DNA of 63,884 nucleotides, counting the filler, from Lama guanicoe (taxonomy: Eukaryota): NCBI GenBank assembly GCA_013239625.1. It is 200 parts of 200 records of this genome, joined end to end, with 100 filler letters (N's around TTAATTAATTAA, not from the genome) between each part and the next. Parts side by side here need not be neighbours in the genome. Positions count along the whole stretch, not along the records: positions 62,065 to 62,284 come from PNXV01040282.1; positions 62,385 to 62,604 come from PNXV01040283.1; positions 62,705 to 62,924 come from PNXV01040284.1; positions 63,025 to 63,244 come from PNXV01040285.1; positions 63,345 to 63,564 come from PNXV01040286.1; positions 63,665 to 63,884 come from PNXV01040287.1; 194 more parts are not named here. One strand, written 5' to 3'. Made by a program: the position numbers and the translations under genes. How positions within the stretch are numbered: the stretch's first letter is position 1; each line of letters begins with the position of its first letter. The notes beneath the pieces were generated by a model. The model was given only the letters and a program-made list of their open reading frames with translations. It was not told where the DNA came from and did not search any database. Of this stretch, positions 62,227-63,884 are shown one piece after another.

Positions 62227-62284
62227 CTGAGATGTGCCTGTAATCATGTTTTTGATAAAGTCTCTGTGTCCTGGGGCATCAATG
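62227..62284 (-). CDS. EEF1A1: EEF1A1 exon end (IDAPGHRDFIKNMITGTSQ), upstream exon; 115-nt GT-AG intron at 62112-62226
   Basis: DAPGH GTPase motif. CAG|GTTTGT donor. Splices in frame to ADCAVL. Confidence 0.95.
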
Positions 62285-63884
62285 NNNNNNNNNNNNNNNN
62301 NNNNNNNNNNNNNNNNNNNNNNNNNNNNTTAATTAATTAANNNNNNNNNNNNNNNNNNNNNNNNNNNNNNNNNNNNNNNNNNNNTGGTTCAGCTTAATTG
62401 TTGGTTGATAAATAGGTACAAAGAAAACATAGACGTTAATTATACTTTAAGGAACATTGAATTTATCCCATCGCCACCTTCATTATCAAACTCTTACAGT
62501 ATGTTCACCTATGACAGAGTGTATTAATATAATTTCATTAGTTTGTGTAGAAATCCATGATTTTTAATAAATTGAACATAGAATAAACTTTATATGAAAA
62601 CACCNNNNNNNNNNNNNNNNNNNNNNNNNNNNNNNNNNNNNNNNNNNNTTAATTAATTAANNNNNNNNNNNNNNNNNNNNNNNNNNNNNNNNNNNNNNNN
62701 NNNNACCATTAAATAAATCAATTCTTCCTGCTGGCATGGCTAAAAAAAAAAAAAACTACAAAGTGTACATATGTGTGCTTCTTGTGAAAACTAGCACTAT
62801 TATAAACCTGATGTCTGACTTTAAAACTTGCAACGTGGGGTTCATATTTACAGTCAATGATCTCTTTTTCTGTGATATCTTATTTTGTAGAGAATCATGT
62901 GTCTTGCAAGCCTTGTGTTCAATGNNNNNNNNNNNNNNNNNNNNNNNNNNNNNNNNNNNNNNNNNNNNTTAATTAATTAANNNNNNNNNNNNNNNNNNNN
63001 NNNNNNNNNNNNNNNNNNNNNNNNGTGTTAAGTCTTTTCTGATCTCCCCATAATCCTACATAACTGTTTTAGAGACATAAAGTTTGTTTACAAAGTATAC
63101 ATATTCTTTCCATCATTTTACCATCAGAATTACAAGTATTTCTGAATAACAATAATATGCTAAATATGTCACATGAGTTATATAACTACAAGGATATTTT
63201 TAGTTGTCATTCATTTTTATATCTGCATTTGTTTCAAGATTAGTNNNNNNNNNNNNNNNNNNNNNNNNNNNNNNNNNNNNNNNNNNNNTTAATTAATTAA
63301 NNNNNNNNNNNNNNNNNNNNNNNNNNNNNNNNNNNNNNNNNNNNTTCCTTCATAGGTTAGGTGTTTTTAAACTCTAGCTTCTATTAGAGTCTTTTCTTTA
63401 TCTTTGGTTTCTGTAGTTTAAATACAGATATATGGTATGCCTAGACATAGTGTTTTTTGTTTCATTTTGTTTGCTTTTCTCCTATCCTCTCAGAAGTCCT
63501 CTCAGCTTCCTGGAGCTGTGGTTTTGTGTCTGATATTAATTGGGGAAAATTCTGTCCTTACTTCNNNNNNNNNNNNNNNNNNNNNNNNNNNNNNNNNNNN
63601 NNNNNNNNTTAATTAATTAANNNNNNNNNNNNNNNNNNNNNNNNNNNNNNNNNNNNNNNNNNNNGAGCAGAAATGTGTTTGATAACATTCAGAATGGTAA
63701 AAATTCCAGTTATGATCCAGGAACGTGGGCAGTCTAACATGGTTCCTTAGTACAGCACGGTTCCACTCTCCACCCGTCCTTGTCACAGATTGACTGGGTT
63801 CAAAGGAGTAGCCTGTCCATATCTACATTATGAGGCTGATCTCAAAGAAATAATATTTTGAGATTTTTCTGTCCATATCTATAT

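Larger units (their letters stand above)
1..63884. other. Artificial concatenation of 200 unplaced ~220-nt contigs separated by 199 linkers N44-TTAATTAATTAA-N44
   Basis: Strict 319/320-nt periodicity. 200x220 + 199x100 - 16 = 63884 exactly, with 16 fragments of 219 nt. Neighbouring fragments have unrelated content. Confidence 0.99.

Noticed and set aside
641..62972. The ORF-track proteins ending in X...LIN or X...N
   Set aside because: They reach the length cut-off by reading through Ns to the linker stop. Only the OR and a few L1-derived entries match real proteins, and the true HSP70, ZDHHC2, Gag, ankyrin and EEF1A1 frames are absent from the track.
220..63664. CRISPR-like array, integron-like cassette array or homeodomain-site (TAATTA) array
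   Set aside because: The repeated 12-mer is a synthetic six-frame stop flanked by exactly 44 Ns on each side. The intervening pieces are unrelated mammalian DNA and no cas or integrase genes are present.

Overview
This window is not a contiguous locus. It is an artificial concatenation of 200 small mammalian contigs (16 of 219 nt and 184 of 220 nt) joined by 199 identical 100-nt linkers of the form N44-TTAATTAATTAA-N44, where the 12-mer puts stop codons in all six frames. Neighbouring fragments share no biological context, and nearly all ORF-track entries are artefacts of reading through the Ns into the linker. tRNA-Ala-derived Vic-1-type SINEs and the style of the L1 3' ends point to a camelid (alpaca, llama or camel); this is an inference. 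Most fragments are L1, MaLR/ERV LTR, MIR/L2 or DNA-transposon relics, or anonymous DNA. Recognisable gene pieces are: HSPA1A/B 5'UTR and start, ZDHHC2 first coding exon, ACVRL1 promoter/transcript start, EEF1A1 exon-intron-exon, a complete ANKRD26-family ankyrin exon and an OR5-family olfactory receptor N-terminus. The most interesting items are an intact betaretroviral Gag nucleocapsid with two CCHC knuckles, two circularly permuted pieces of a ~249-bp satellite, a 43-bp GC-rich minisatellite, a cluster of CTCF-like motifs in an internally repeated fragment, and a consistent 49-nt de Bruijn graph signature. No multi-gene novel system can be supported, because no real context extends beyond 220 nt.
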